A stretch of DNA of 64,000 nt from Callorhinchus milii (taxonomy: Eukaryota): NCBI RefSeq assembly GCF_018977255.1, contig NW_024704742.1, positions 74,030,001-74,094,000 on the forward strand, given 5' to 3'. Each line of letters starts with the position of its first letter. Within the stretch, counting starts at the first letter, position 1. Below are positions 42,090 to 55,800 of the stretch, in pieces. Under the pieces are notes generated by a model. That model searched no databases. It had not been told where the DNA came from and saw only the letters and a list, made by a program, of their open reading frames with translations. The position numbers and the translations under genes are program-made.

Positions 42090-43120
42090 TACTCAAGTCC
42101 TACTTAACCAACCGCCAGCACTTCATATTTGCCAATTTTTTTTCTCTCACCCCCGGCTGGTCACCTATGAGGTACCCCAGGGCTCCATCCTTGGACCCCT
42201 TTTCCACATCTACATGCTCCCTCTCAACAATGCCATCCGCAGACACAGTTTTAACTTCCACATGTATGACGGTGGTACTCCTCCAGCTGTGACTCCCAGT
42301 CTCCTGCTGTCCTGTCAACTTGTTTGACGGATATCAAAGCATGGATGAGTGCAAATTTCCTGCAGCTGAATGTCGGCAAGACAGAAGCCATACTCTTTGG
42401 CTCCTGTCAACGTCTTCTCTCCTGCGGGTCTGAACCCCTTAACGTCTCTGGGCTCTCCCTCAGACTCTCCAAACCCGTGCACAACTTAGGCATCAGGGTC
42501 GATCCCCAGCTTTCCTTTCTACCCCACATCTGTTCCCTGACCAGGACCACTTTTTTCCACCTCCGTCACATTGCCCGCCTTCGTCCGTACCTCAAAACCG
42601 ATGCAGCTTAACCCCTCATCCACGCCTTTGTCACTTCCTGGCTGGACTATTCCAACGCCCATCTCGCTGGTCTCCCTAACTCCACCATACACAAAATCGA
42701 ATTAATTCAAAACTTCGCCACCCGGATATTCATCTGCATGAAGCTCTGTATCCCCATCACACCAATCCTTGACTGGCTCCCAATCACCAAACAGATCAGA
42801 GGACTTCAAGATCCTCTCGCTCGTTTTCAAATCACTTCATTCCCTCACACCTCCCTACCTATCTGACCTCCAGCATCCGCTGTCTCCGCTCAGCTGGTTC
42901 CAGCCTAATTGTCCCTTCCATTCAACCATGCCTTCAGCCATTATGTTCCAAAACTCTGGAACGCTCTCCCTTGATCCCTCCGCCTTGCCCGTTCTGCCCC
43001 ACCTTCAAATCCTGCCTAAAGACCTTTTTGATCGCACTTACAGTCACATCCCTCTCCCCTTGGGTTGTTGTAAGACTTCGCCACTGTGAAGTGCTAAGGG
43101 CGCTAAAAAAGTGCCAGTTG
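42090..43120 (+). mobile_element. L2 LINE, 5'-truncated
   Basis: [40 protein letters not shown]. Confidence 0.9.
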
Positions 43121-44109
43121 TTGGCATGCGGATGTCTGGTTTGGATACTTTTAATCATGGCACTGGATTTCAATAACAAACTATTTGTGTGTTGTGTATA
43201 GTGCTGTTTCTTCATACACATATATCCTGAATTACTTTGAATGCACCACTATCTCATCATCCTTCAAAGAAAGTCCTAGGAAAAAATAATTATTTATATT
43301 TACATTTAGACCACCTTTCATGTCAGGAGGACATCTGAAATTGTTCCAAAAACCTCCAGATAAGTATTTTCAAACCTCCAGGTTAAGTATGTTTTCATTT
43401 ATCTTTTCTTCCTCTATCTCCCTCCTTTCCTTTCTAATCTGCTCTTCCCTTTTGTTTCCCTCAGAACCCCTCATTAAATTATATATTAGGTTGGGCTCTT
43501 GTCTAACTTAATAAATTAAGCCAGGAGTCCAATCTTTTGGCTGCCGAAGGCTGGATTCCCTATTGGAGAAGGCACTGCGGCTGCATAAGCAATAATTTGT
43601 GTTTCCCTTCCAAAAACATAACAACATTGACACAGCACTTTTTTCATGTTGGAAGGACATCTTGACACTGTCGGCTGGGCACCTGAGCTGGGGATGGGAG
43701 CTGAGAGAGATGGGGTGGGAAAGAAAAAGATGACCAAAAGCATGGTCAAAGAGTTAGGTCTTGACTTGCCTTGGAAGCAGGGAGGGAGTCAACGAGTTGG
43801 AGGGATTCCAGGAATAGAGCTCCAGAGAACGGGTAAAATGGCAATGGTGGGGCAGATGGTGGGGGTTGGAGATGGTGAGCAAATGGGGGAGGGGTGGGGC
43901 ATGCAGCAAGCTGGTATTTACTGGTCTAAAAGAATGGCCAGGTCGAGAAATTGCAGAGATAGAGAGGGGAGGAGATGGAATGAAGGATGTATAGAATTTT
44001 CTCACTGGGGAAAGGGAGTTTTCTGTGAGGAAACAATGCAGCTCATCACTCAGTGTCTGTCCTTGGGAGGCTCTGAACGTCTGTCCTGACAGTGAACCCC
44101 AAAACTTTG

Positions 44110-45290
44110 CCCTCACTTCTCTGCTCTCTCTCTTTGTTTCTCTCTCAATTCCTCTCAATCACCCTCTTTCTACTCCCTCTCGCGCGCACTCTCTCACTCG
44201 CCCTCACAACCTCTCCTCTCAGTCTCTCTCCACCCCCACCCCTCCCATCACTCTCAACCCCCTCTTCTCTCTGACTCAATCTCACTCCCAAACACACACA
44301 CTATCTCCACACTCTCAATCACTGTCTTCTCTCACTCTCTATTTCTGTTCCCTTCCCCCTCCTCCCACACATTCTCTTTCTCCTAATCTCCCCCTCTCCC
44401 ACACACACTAGGATTTCTGCAATTAATGTGTAAAATAATATCTCAAATTATATTTGCGATGTTTATATATATATATATTTGAGACATATGATCAATCTCA
44501 TATGAAGGTAGTTGGTTGTGACTTTGCTCGAGGAGAAACAAAGGACTGTTTATAAACAACAAACTGCTTTCATTCCTTATCAGTCATTTTCTCATGGAAA
44601 AATGGTCTGCAGCTGGAGAGAGCTATGTTGCATTTGTTTTTACAAAGGAACCATCTTGCAAAAGACAATAGATGAAAGGTCACCTAATCAACAGTATAAA
44701 CGGAGATCTATTCGAGAGAGGACGAAATTGGAATTTGTAGTCGTGAATCATATTCCAGCTTCTAAAGAATGAAGATCAAGACTACGATTTAAGCAACTCT
44801 AGACGTACAATAATATCTGGATACTTTTGGGTGATATCGAACTGGAAACCATACAATACTTGGATACCTTTTGATGGACATATATTTGGATTAAATTGGA
44901 CATTGGTCCCCTATCTCTCCCACAGCATTTGGTTTGGTCAAGTTAAATCGCTGTGAACTATAGTATATGTGGATACATAAGCATAGTTGGATGTATTCTT
45001 TTAATTACTTAGAAATTATTAATCTGAATTAATAAACCTTGATTAATTGTACAACATTTGTATCAGTCCTTACTTCACCTCAGGGTTATGAAAATAAATT
45101 AACCCTTACAACAGTCACCTCTCTCATTCACTTTCCCCCTCTCACACGGACACTCTCACACTCTTAATCTCTCTACTCTCTCCCTCTCTGTCAATCACTC
45201 TGTCTCTCTCTCCCCCCCCCCCTCCCTCACCCCTGCTTTCTCACCTCTCTCTCACACACACTCTTCTCATTCAATCGCTCCACCCAACCG
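44110..45290. repeat. CT-rich low-complexity tract split by the 44409-45110 insertion
   Basis: (CT)n/(CA)n mosaic on both sides. Confidence 0.85.
44409..45110 (+). mobile_element. Probable solo LTR (ERV- or Gypsy-type)
   Basis: Sharp-edged ~700-bp insert; TATAAA (44695-44700), AATAAA (45031-45036), terminal hairpin AGGGTTA/TAACCCT, ends CCCTTACA. The 5' end (TAGGATT) lacks TG and the TSD is unclear. Confidence 0.6.
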
Positions 45291-46660
45291 CTGTCCGCTG
45301 CTGGCCGACACAGTCAACCAGGCCCTCTCTTCAGGCTCTGTCAAACTCCCCCTCAAAACCGCTGTCATCACTCCCCTCTTCAAAAAAAAACACCTTGATC
45401 TCTCGAACCTTGCAAACTACCAGGTCATTTCAAACTTGCCCTTAATTTCTAGTCTTCAAACACATTGTTGCCAAACAACTTTGCTCACACCTCTCCCTCC
45501 ACTCACTGCCTCTACTCTAACCCCTCCAGTCGGGATTACGCCCTGCCCACAGCAGATAAAGTGCTTGTCAAAGTCACAAATAACCTCCTCTCCTCCCTCT
45601 GTTCCCTGCTTTCCTGGATTTCTCCGCGGCTTTTGACAAAGTCGATCACAGCACCTTTCTTGACTGCCTCTGCTCCCTCACTCATTTTAGTTGGACCGAA
45701 CTCTCTTGGTTGGCATCCTACTTGACCCACTGTCATCACTGTCTCCGCTAACCATTTTTCTTCCCACTAAACAGTCACCTGAGGCATGCCCCAAAACTCC
45801 ATTCTCAGCCCCCTTCTTTTCCTCATTTACATGCGGAAGAGAGCTAAGTTATGAAGGTAGCTCAGAGGAGCTGCTGGTTTAAAAGAGGCGATTTGAGAAG
45901 CTAGTTCTCTGAAGCCTCTGTACTGTGTTCTCTAGATTAAGTAACAGCCTTTTCTGTACGGTTGCAGTTTGCTGATAGTAAACTGTTAGACTATGTTGGT
46001 CTCTGTAATCTTGATTATCTGGTGTCCAGAACACGAGACTCAATCTTTAGAGTTAACAACGATGACACACAAATCTACTTTTCCTCCTCCAGTTATGACC
46101 CCAGGTCCACCAATGTCCTCTTGTCAGACATCAAGGCCTGGATGAGCACCAACTTTTGCAGCTGAATGTTGACAAAAGGAGGCTATGCTCCTCTGCTTCC
46201 GTCCATGTTTTCTCACCTGCGGCTCCGACCTCCTTAACCTACCTCAGACTCACTGAACCTGTGCACAACCTCGGCATCAGGTTTGATCCCTTGTTGCCCT
46301 CCTGCCCTATATCTGGTCCCTGACCAGGATTGTCTTCCCCCCAGCTTTGTCACATTGTCCACCTCCAACTGTACCTCACACCCAGTGCAGCCAAAACCCA
46401 GATCCACTCATTCATCATCTCCTGCTTCAATTTTTCTAATGCCATCCTCACAAGTCATCCCAGCTTTACTATTCATTAATTCCAATTAATTCAAAACTCT
46501 GCCAACTCTATCCCAAATCAAACTCCGCACTCCATTACCCCAATCCCTATCAGGTTCCACTGGCTCCCTATCGATTTCAAGATCCTCATGTACAAGTCAT
46601 GTACAAATCACTTCATACCCTGGCACTTCCCTATCCGTCCAACCTGCTTAGACCCCACTC
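45285..46660 (+). mobile_element. Degenerate L2 ORF2 fragment with an unrelated insert at about 45835-46055
   Basis: KTAVITPL, AAFDKVDH-like, DDTQIYF, WMSTNF motifs. Confidence 0.8.
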
Positions 46661-47753
46661 CCTACCTACCACTCACATACTTACTTATCTCTGTTGATCC
46701 TTGGTCAGGCGTCTGTCTCCTTTTGATGCATGTATCCGATTCTACTAATACGGATCATCCTACCCATAATCAAGTCATTGTGTTAAACTAAAACAGGAAA
46801 TAAACACATGCAACATTTTTTTTAAACAACCAACATATTTATTACCAGGAAAATTCTGCCCTGGGTTTTCCTCAAGATCATTACAATTTGAACGTGTATT
46901 ATTTTCTTGAAACAAAGCATGATTTAAAAAAAACACAACCTGCTAAAACAAATTTTAAAATAACCCATCTGTTTAACATACATCCGAACACATTTATTCA
47001 ACACCTTGAAAAAGTAGATTCTTATCAAAGTTACCCTAAATATGCACTTCTGTCCTTTTTAAAAAGGAAAAGCTGAAACCCACAAGCATTCATTTGAAAT
47101 AAAATTTGGCATTGTAAAATGTTTGCATATTTAATTCTTAGTGCAAATTTTTGCAAAACTGAGTGTAAACATGTCAGTCAGAAATAGTTGATCTTGCTAT
47201 CCATTGGAAACTACAGCTCCAGTCTGAAAAACATTGTAGCAGAGATTAAACTTTGGATAGGGTTTCACATGTCCTTCCCTCACCTTACAGTACCCGTTTT
47301 TCTGAGTGGGTTTACACAGAGAAACCTACTTATTTGCAATAGCAGAAAGGTGCCGTTCATCTCTGTATATATGGAATATAAGCAGAGGGTGAGGAGAAGG
47401 AAAATGTTATACATCAGCAGCAAGATTTATATAATGTATTTTTTCACATAAAATGTATCTCCCTCTCCCACTCCAAATTCGCCCCAGTTTGCCACCTGAA
47501 AATAATAATAATCCTTGCTTTGATACAGCGCCTTATCATTACAATATAAGAACTATTGGTAAAGCTGCAAGTGGCAGCTGCTTCTCCAAAATTAAGAGAA
47601 TTAGAGTGAATTTACTGTATAAAAAGTTAGTTTTTCATTACAAAATTCTCAGCAAAACAAAACACACTCTTATTGAATGAGGCTGGGAGAAATATGTGGA
47701 CATCTTTAATTCAAATCACAGATTCTTCAAGGAAGATAACCTTCATTCTCAAT

Positions 47754-48064
47754 ATAATAATAATCGTTGCATTTGACATAGCGCTTTTCATGTCTTCTAG
47801 ACGTCTCAAAGCGCTTCACAGAATATGCTGTAAAGTGAATTGACTGAATATTTGTAAGCGAAACGCGGCAGCCAACTGCGCACAGCAATGTCCCACAAAC
47901 AGTCGTGGATTGAAAATGACCAATTTATTATTCTTTTGTTTTGGAGGGATTATTATTAGGCGTGTGGAGTAAGGAAACTTGCCCAAGGTTTCGCTCTGCC
48001 TGGAATTGAACTCAGGTCTCTCGCTTGCAAAGCGAGTGCTCTAACCACTGAGCCACAGGACTCC
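47754..48064 (-). mobile_element. Young tRNA-Ala-headed Deu SINE, short variant
   Basis: Very similar to the 61368 copy and reverse complement of the 33886 copy. Confidence 0.92.
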
Positions 48065-49214
48065 ACATATCCTTCACATATCATAGGATACTGATCAAGT
48101 ACAGTAGTCCTAGGTAAAAGGAGGACATTATAGGGAGCACAACTGTGAGTTCTGTGCTACTGAACTATATTTTGTTTTGCAAGATCCAGATGTAATGTCT
48201 GGTAGAAGTAGACTGATTGCTGCATTGAGCAGCCTAGTCTGTTTAAGTGCCGGCCAGGACACATCTGTAGAATATGTGCAATAGCTTGTGATCTAACAAG
48301 ACAGAGTTGTACCAGCTAGTTTGTAAAACCCTAAAACCTACAAATCACCAGCAATATTTTCCAAAGAATTTCAACTAGGATTTAAAAGAAAATTCACACA
48401 CTGCTTTATAAAAATGCGCGTGCACAAGGGTTTATTCACCCAACATTTAACTAACAACAGTAACCAAATTGAAAGCAACAGAAGTCGCAAGTAGCAACTC
48501 TGCTGGAAATGAGGATCACTGACCTGCAAGAATTCTGCTTGGATGCAACTGACATCTGAGGCAGAGTTCTAGGTTGAAGTAAAACACTTATGTTTGCTGT
48601 CACTATCTGCAGCTCAGAGATGCTATTTGTTATTCTGATCACATTTTTGGTTATATTGTCCTGATTTATTTTGAATATATTCAGTATATTTAAAAATCTT
48701 ATGTAAAAGTTATAACTAAAGAAATTTAATTACATCTCATCCATCATATTTTCAAATTTCAGACCATTCAGTGAGTAAAAAGGCCAATCATAAAAATTAA
48801 ATGCAAATTTTGAAACCATTTCCGACATTAGTTGACCGATTCTAAGACAGAATAATCAAATGTAAATAGAAGTTTGTTTAGGTGATTGTTATATGCAACA
48901 GATTATTCAGTAACGGGCTTTCCTGCAGTCCAATTGATGAAGGATCTGATTTGTAGCTGGATAAACTTGCCTATATAACTGAAGTAACTTGTTCATTTTT
49001 TTTCATGTGAAAATATTTGGATCCCAATGTTACAAACCACAATAAAGATGTTAGAAACGACAGCTACTCTGTATGAGTGATAGAATATATAAACAGCTTT
49101 TCTAGCCTGAACCCAAATACTTTTCAGCCAGATGGAACATAACAATTAAAAGAAATACATTTGATAAAGCTACTTATGTTGAAATATTGCAACTTAATTC
49201 TCATGAGGTACTAA

Positions 49215-49785
49215 TAATAGTACTTGCATTTCAAGTAGCACATCACCAAAACATCTCAAAGCATTGCAGAAGATTTACTGTAAAGTATAGTGACTATTTG
49301 TAGGCCAATGTGTGCACAGCAGAAACGAAGTGAATTTTATTTGGGGGATTGTTGGCCAGGACAATGGGAGAAACTCACTTCTCTTTTTGACTTGTGGCCA
49401 AGGATCTTTAACATGCATCTGAACAGGCAGTTGGGGCGTTGGTTTATAACGTGTCATCCGAAGGACGGCATCTCCGAGTGCATTACACTGGAGTGCCACT
49501 CGACTCTGAGCTCAAAATCCCAACATGGCACTTGAACCTATAACCTTTTGATGTGCAGTGACTTTGACGTGCAGGATTGCAACAACTAATATGCGCCTAC
49601 CTCAACCCAATTAGGAATTTAACGATTCACCAAATCCAGACAAACTCACCTGAAGAGGTAGCACTTTCCACAATGCATTATACTGGAGTGTCAGCCAAAT
49701 ATAATAACTCAAGTCATGGTGTGGGGCTCAAATCCACAACCTTCTGACCCTGCGGCAAGAGTGCTACCAACTGCGCTAGACTGAC
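49215..49785 (-). mobile_element. Old Deu-type SINE pieces
   Basis: Reverse complement of the 9700-type body and head. Confidence 0.75.
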
Positions 49786-49859
49786 TCTTACCAGAATAGG
49801 ACAGGGCCATCTGATTTCTCCTTCAATGCTCCGCATTTAGCACATTCCTACATCAATCT

Positions 49860-50230
49860 CTACTCCCTTAACCTTGTTGCTGCATCTGAAATGAAATATA
49901 CATACCCCCTGGAGAGATGCTTCCTGCTTACTTAGTTCTGGAAAGTATGAAGTGTAAGTTGGCAAGTCAAGGGTCAGGGACCTCAGAGTGTGTAGCACAT
50001 GGCTTGCCATTGGCATGTTTCTCACTGTTTGTGCAGCTGAGACCACTCTCCCCATTAAGATGTTGGCTTGCAGGATTAAGAAAAGCTACGTGGGAAGATT
50101 TTCTGCTGTGACTGCTACCTTCTACGTCCTGTTGATGAGCGAGGTGGCTGGTCTGTCATCAATAGTTTATTTAAGTACTGTGGTGGACCTGCCTTTCTCA
50201 GATGATCAAGACTTGATTCCAATAGTTCAC
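49860..50230 (-). mobile_element. Unclassified structured repeat, copy F
   Basis: CCTGCTTACTTAGTTCTGGAAAGTAT, GGGACCTCAGAGTGTG and GGCTTGCAGGATTAA are reverse complements of the core. Confidence 0.72.
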
Positions 50231-52693
50231 AGCCAGCTTATCTCTCCTTCCTCACCCCCTCCCACCACCAAAAAAGATGATAACTGGAACATATACAGTT
50301 CCCATTTATTGGCTTGAATAATATATATTGAGATGATTAGAAGATCAGAGATGGCCTATTATGTTAGCACTTTAAATTTAATTTAGGCGCAGGGTTCTCT
50401 GATATTAGGCACCAGGGAACGCCATGTATTGCTATGTGGTCGGCACAGATAACACTCCCACTGGTCTGGAATAATCTTTTCTTAACAGAAGCAAGGAGTC
50501 CAGGTCATGAGCAACAGGGTAGAGAAAATGTTCAATAGGAAGTAATGGAATAATTAGCTAAATACGATGTATTTAGAGATACAGCACAATGTCATAAGTT
50601 TGCTTGGTTGAATTCAGACTTTCACAATAACATAGGGAAATGTTTAGAACTAAAGAGGATTGTCCTAGGGGAAGGCAGGCCAGCAGCTGGGAGCTCTTTT
50701 GTGCACTGGTACATGACAAGCCACAAAAGGCGAACATGATTAAAGGTAACTGCAAACCTAAGAGGAGAAATGGAATAAAATGGAAAATGTAACAGAAAAG
50801 TCATCTGGGTTTCTTAGTAAAGAGAAGTCACGAGATCGAAAAGCAGTAGGGCAGTCAAAATGTAAAAGCTCCTGGAAAACAGGAAGCAGACAGCTGCTTA
50901 AGTTTGGCACAAACGCTGGTAATATTAGCTGAATTTTGTTGACATTTAACTCTTAAAATGCTTTAGCTGTCAGAAACATTTATTTCCTCCTTGTATATTT
51001 TGCTTAAATTGGATGCATGTTCAGATAAGGCTTGCTATCAGTGTGCAGTGATGTGTATTCCCTGTGGTATAATTTCTACTGTTAAAATCCTTCATGTCTC
51101 CTCAACCATTTTTGGGAGGGCAAATGTTCTCCTATAAGAAGCCTACATTATTTCCTCATTTTACTATTTGCTATCACGCCCTACATTTAAAATTAGTAAA
51201 ATTCATAGTTTGTTTATTTGTCATATCTGCAAAGTACCCCTGGGGCAATTAGCACATCTTATAAGAAGCTAGAACATGTTCCTACTCTCAAAGCAACAAG
51301 ATTATTAAAAAAAAGTTTTGAGCCAGATTTCTCATCTCTTCTCCTGATGGTGTTGACTCTATCATGAACTACAATTTCAGGGTTACCTCAGGTTTGAGTC
51401 CAGGCAGATGGCACAGCCATGGGGATATTATAGCGGAACCTGATCTTATCTTTTCCTAAAATCCACACAGTGCACATAACAGCAGAGGCCATTGGAACCA
51501 GCAATGGTGGCGATTTACCCTTTCTAGTCCAAGGAACAATAATATCAACTGAAACACCACTTGGGAGTTAATACAGAATGGAAATCCACCCTGTGAGTTA
51601 AGGTCCATACAGCAGGTGCTAAACCAGGACTGAACCACTACTTACTAGGCCATCGGTAAGATAAAAATCAAGCTAAGAATTAGGTTTGAGTAGTTAAGTT
51701 CACAAAGAGATGAAGGAATACATTTTGTGCAGTTCCTCATTTAGCATTGACCTAAAACACCAGATCACAGCACAGTCTTCTGGGAAATTGATTTATTTTC
51801 TTCCAGCTCTTAATAACTTTTTTAAAATCTGTGAATTTCTAAGATTTAAGAACTAAATTGTAGCTCATTGGCCTGCAAGTAAGTTTTTTCATTAAGATAT
51901 TTGTCAGTCTCCTTGGGCCAGGCTGATTGCTAATTGTATTTGGGGCCAAGTAAAGTGGAAATGTCAATCTTCTTTGGTAGAGTTTAACAATGTAGGATCG
52001 AAAATTTACCAAAAATAAATGTTCCATCTCAGATTAAAAACTAGGCACTAGGAGCCGAAAGGAAACAGTTACCTGGAGGGTGCAGTGCCAGGTACTTTAC
52101 ACCAACTTTTACGTAAGTTAAGTGTTACCTCCGATGCTCTTTGAGACGCTACCCTGTGTGGAGGGCGCTATATAAGTGCAAATTGTTGTTGTTCCAAAGG
52201 TAACCACAATATTCCTTGTTGCACTGCTGTGTATCGGGGGAAATAGAAGCAAAAAGTTAATTACCTTAGCCCAAATGACAGTAGGCAATATTTTTATAAC
52301 AGTAAATTTTCCAGAATATGTTTAAGAATTCCTAATATAGGCACAGGATATATAAAGGAGGTATGTATATGTTTTGAAGAATGCAGAATGCAGTGGTTTT
52401 AAATACAGAATTGATGGGATACCCCCGTTTAAAAAATATTATCTATCCCAAGTATAGAGTAGATTGCCTCTTAAAACATTTTTGTCATTTAAAATATACT
52501 TCATATAAACAAATAAATTGTATAGGAAATTGTGAAGCAAGACTTCACCATCAAATCTGATAAACATACTAAGACACATAGAGGGCAATGAATAAGGCAC
52601 ATATATGGAATAGAACATGAAGAGGAAGTTCCTGGATTTGACAAATCCAGATGTAGCTGAGAAAGGAAGGAAGGAATTTCTTCAGCATCTTAG

Positions 52694-52844
52694 TTAACTC
52701 AAGGAAGGTGGCCTTCCAGGCCCACCAATGTCCACATCGATAAAGGTGTACAAGGGATACTTCTTGATCTCTATTACTCGATACTTCAGTGAGTTCAGAC
52801 CATCATTCTGCATTGTCAGTCTGGTATTTGAAATTTTGTTAAAC
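52694..52844 (-). CDS. B4GALT1: B4GALT1-like last exon (FNKISNTRLTMQNDGLNSLKYRVIEIKKYPLYTFIDVDIGGPGRPPSLS*)
   Basis: tttgcag acceptor; TAA at 52696-52694. Confidence 0.93.
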
Positions 52845-55800
52845 CTGCAAACAAATAATTCAAAACAATTAAACTTTAATCTAATGTACAATAAGTCTTT
52901 GATGGATTGGAATGTATAAATCCTTACTATATCAAAGGAAATCATTTATTTTTAAAAATGGTTTCATTGCTTTTGGGTGGGCAATGGCAACAATAAACCT
53001 TTTGGGTGGTCAATGGCAACAATAAACCTTTTGGGTGGTCAATGGCAACAATAAACCTTGTTTAAATGTCTCAAAGGACATCACAAGTAACTACTGTCAA
53101 ATGTTACAGCTGTTTTGTAGGCAAGCAAAACAGCCTTTTTTGCTAATAAGAGCTCACAGTCTGGCAGATTGTTAGGCAGGACACCGGTTCTCATCAACAA
53201 CCTTCCAAATAAATTCATCTCAATTTAGGATCTTGCTGGAGCAACTGGCTGTATTCCATGTATGGCCAAGCATTCCTTCAAAAACAATTACTCCATTTGA
53301 CTGTAATTACCTGTGAAGCACTTTGAGACATTTCAAAGCATTATAAAAATGCAAGCTTTTTCTTTCTTTGAAGTGTTGAAAACTTGACTAAAAATTAGAG
53401 TACTGGAGGAAGAGGCAAAACAATCAGTATGAAACTGATTACATGCTCTTGATAGCATCCTCTCCACTTTCCTGGATAATATTTAAATGTGTGTCTACAG
53501 GCATACAGGCTCTGTTTGGTTTAGAGTAGTAACCAGCTCACCTCTGAGGATTAGGTTCATTGTTTTTATCTCGTTCATGTTTTATCATTCTGCATTTTCC
53601 TATGACACCATCTGGCCTTGATATTCCCATGCCTTTGAAAATTATCCTAAAAAAAGAAAAAGGATTAGACAGATGGGAAACAAAAATTTAAGCATTTCAC
53701 TTTCTAGCCTGGAGAAATCTTGGAAATCTGTATAGTTAATTCTTGGGATTAGATAAGTATTACGCACACCTTCTGGGTGGACAGTGTGGCTCAATACTAG
53801 ACAAACAGAAATCAAACATATGTGGAATTATCAGTAGTTTTGTTTGGAGATTTGTGTTTGTGTTGTGTTTGTGTTTTCACAATAAATTAAGCTGTAAGCA
53901 GCACCCGCCTTGTACAATCCATGTGAAACACTAAATTTGTCTTGGCTTCACTGCTCAAACCCAATGGGAGAGATTGTATCACTTATGCTACATAAGCAAA
54001 GTGAGGAAAAGAAAACCATTTTGTCAAATGATTGTCAATTTGGCACAATTTCACATGGATTGTACAATAAATCAAACAAAAACCTACCTCTTGTAGATAT
54101 CATCATCTTCCCCTCCCCAGCCCCAATATTCATTGGGAAATCCATTGATTTTCTCATGTTGTTCTTTACTCAAAGATGAGATACCTCCAAAGAACTGATT
54201 GTATGGTAAGCTTGAAAAAAAAATAAGATTTAATAATAGTCTTTATAATTCTTGATTTCTCCTATTCTCCCCTAATATTTTCATGCTTAAATCTTTATAG
54301 GAACTTATCTATTCTTATCTTATTTAGTATGATCTCCAGTATTTTATTCTTTTGATACATATAGTTCATTATGCAATGGTGGTAATAAAGATAATCGTCT
54401 AGAAGTTACAACAGCACTCAGTGATTGCTGAACCCACACCAAATTGTGAATTCTAATATGTCAACTTCAGTTAGTTTGCAACATTATGCTTTTCAATCTA
54501 CTCGGCATGTCTTGGAGATCATGGAAACCAATAGTCTACTTTCAAAGGACAAGGATTCACACCTAATTAAGATCTGTTACAAAACAGTGATCATTTCACA
54601 TCAATGGGCAAAATTTTTTGAATAAAGAAGGCCTTTGAGTCTATTTGATCTCATCCTTACCAACCTCATCCTTACCTACAGTTTCCCCATTACCAAATCA
54701 AGCTGTTTCTAAAATGAGTCTGGTTTCCTGGCCTTGATCACTGCCCTAATAATCCATTCCAACTGTTACTTGCGTAAAGAAATAATTTCTAATGTCCTGC
54801 CCTAAAGATGCCTCAACATCTGCTCGACTCTCTTGCTCGCTTAGTAGACCTGGAAGTTTTTTAAGGGTTTACTTTCTTTATCCTATTAATACCTCAATTA
54901 AAATGTATCTGTTTGTGAAGTTGAAGCTCCCTAACTGATCTGGTTATTCCTTGTGGCTCTAGCACTGGAGATCAGCCAGTTTCACCCTGCTCTTCTCTGT
55001 ACTACCATTAGGAGGCTCCATGTATTACATTATCCCATACTGTACATATAGTTCCGAGGTGCACCCATTCAACGAATTGTAAAATATCATCATGGCATCT
55101 GAGAATTAGAAGTTATTTGATTTCCTCATTGAAATCTTGAAAGTCACAGTAGTAAAGATAAAATAGTAGAGTAATTAGAAGGATGGCTGAGGGACACGGA
55201 AAGCAGATCCTGTTTCTGAAATTGGCAGGACTTAGTGATCTGGCTGTATTTTGTATATTAATGATTTGGACGTAAAATGGGATTACAAAATAAATGTACC
55301 CTGATGAAATCTCAATGTGTTTCATGTATGAATGGAGGAGGATTGTAAGAAAAATACTCTATAATACTCAAATAAATACCTAATTCTGTATGTCAGAGCT
55401 CACCTCCCCTACAGAGTAATTTACAAATGTCACCTCCTGGACCAGAATACCAGCTGGCAGGATCAAAGAAATGGTACAGACGCCTGAAGAGCAGTTATCT
55501 CATACTCAAGAGTTATGTTGTTTTTAATCAATAAAATGTACCCTATCTTGTGAACAATGGAGTAATAATGTTCATTTCTGCTGCTGTCGGTATTGTGATC
55601 TGTATTGACATTGGCTTGCTGCACAGGTCATATGGCAGTCAAGAATGGCAACCAGTCATCAAATCATTGCATGTTTGATATGCGTTGCAAATCGAAGAAG
55701 AAAAGATCCAGCCAAGGCTATTCTTCTAAAAGATTTTACTTTAAGCAGGTTTCAAATTTGAAGGTATTTAGAAACTCAATGAACTAAATATAACCAATCT

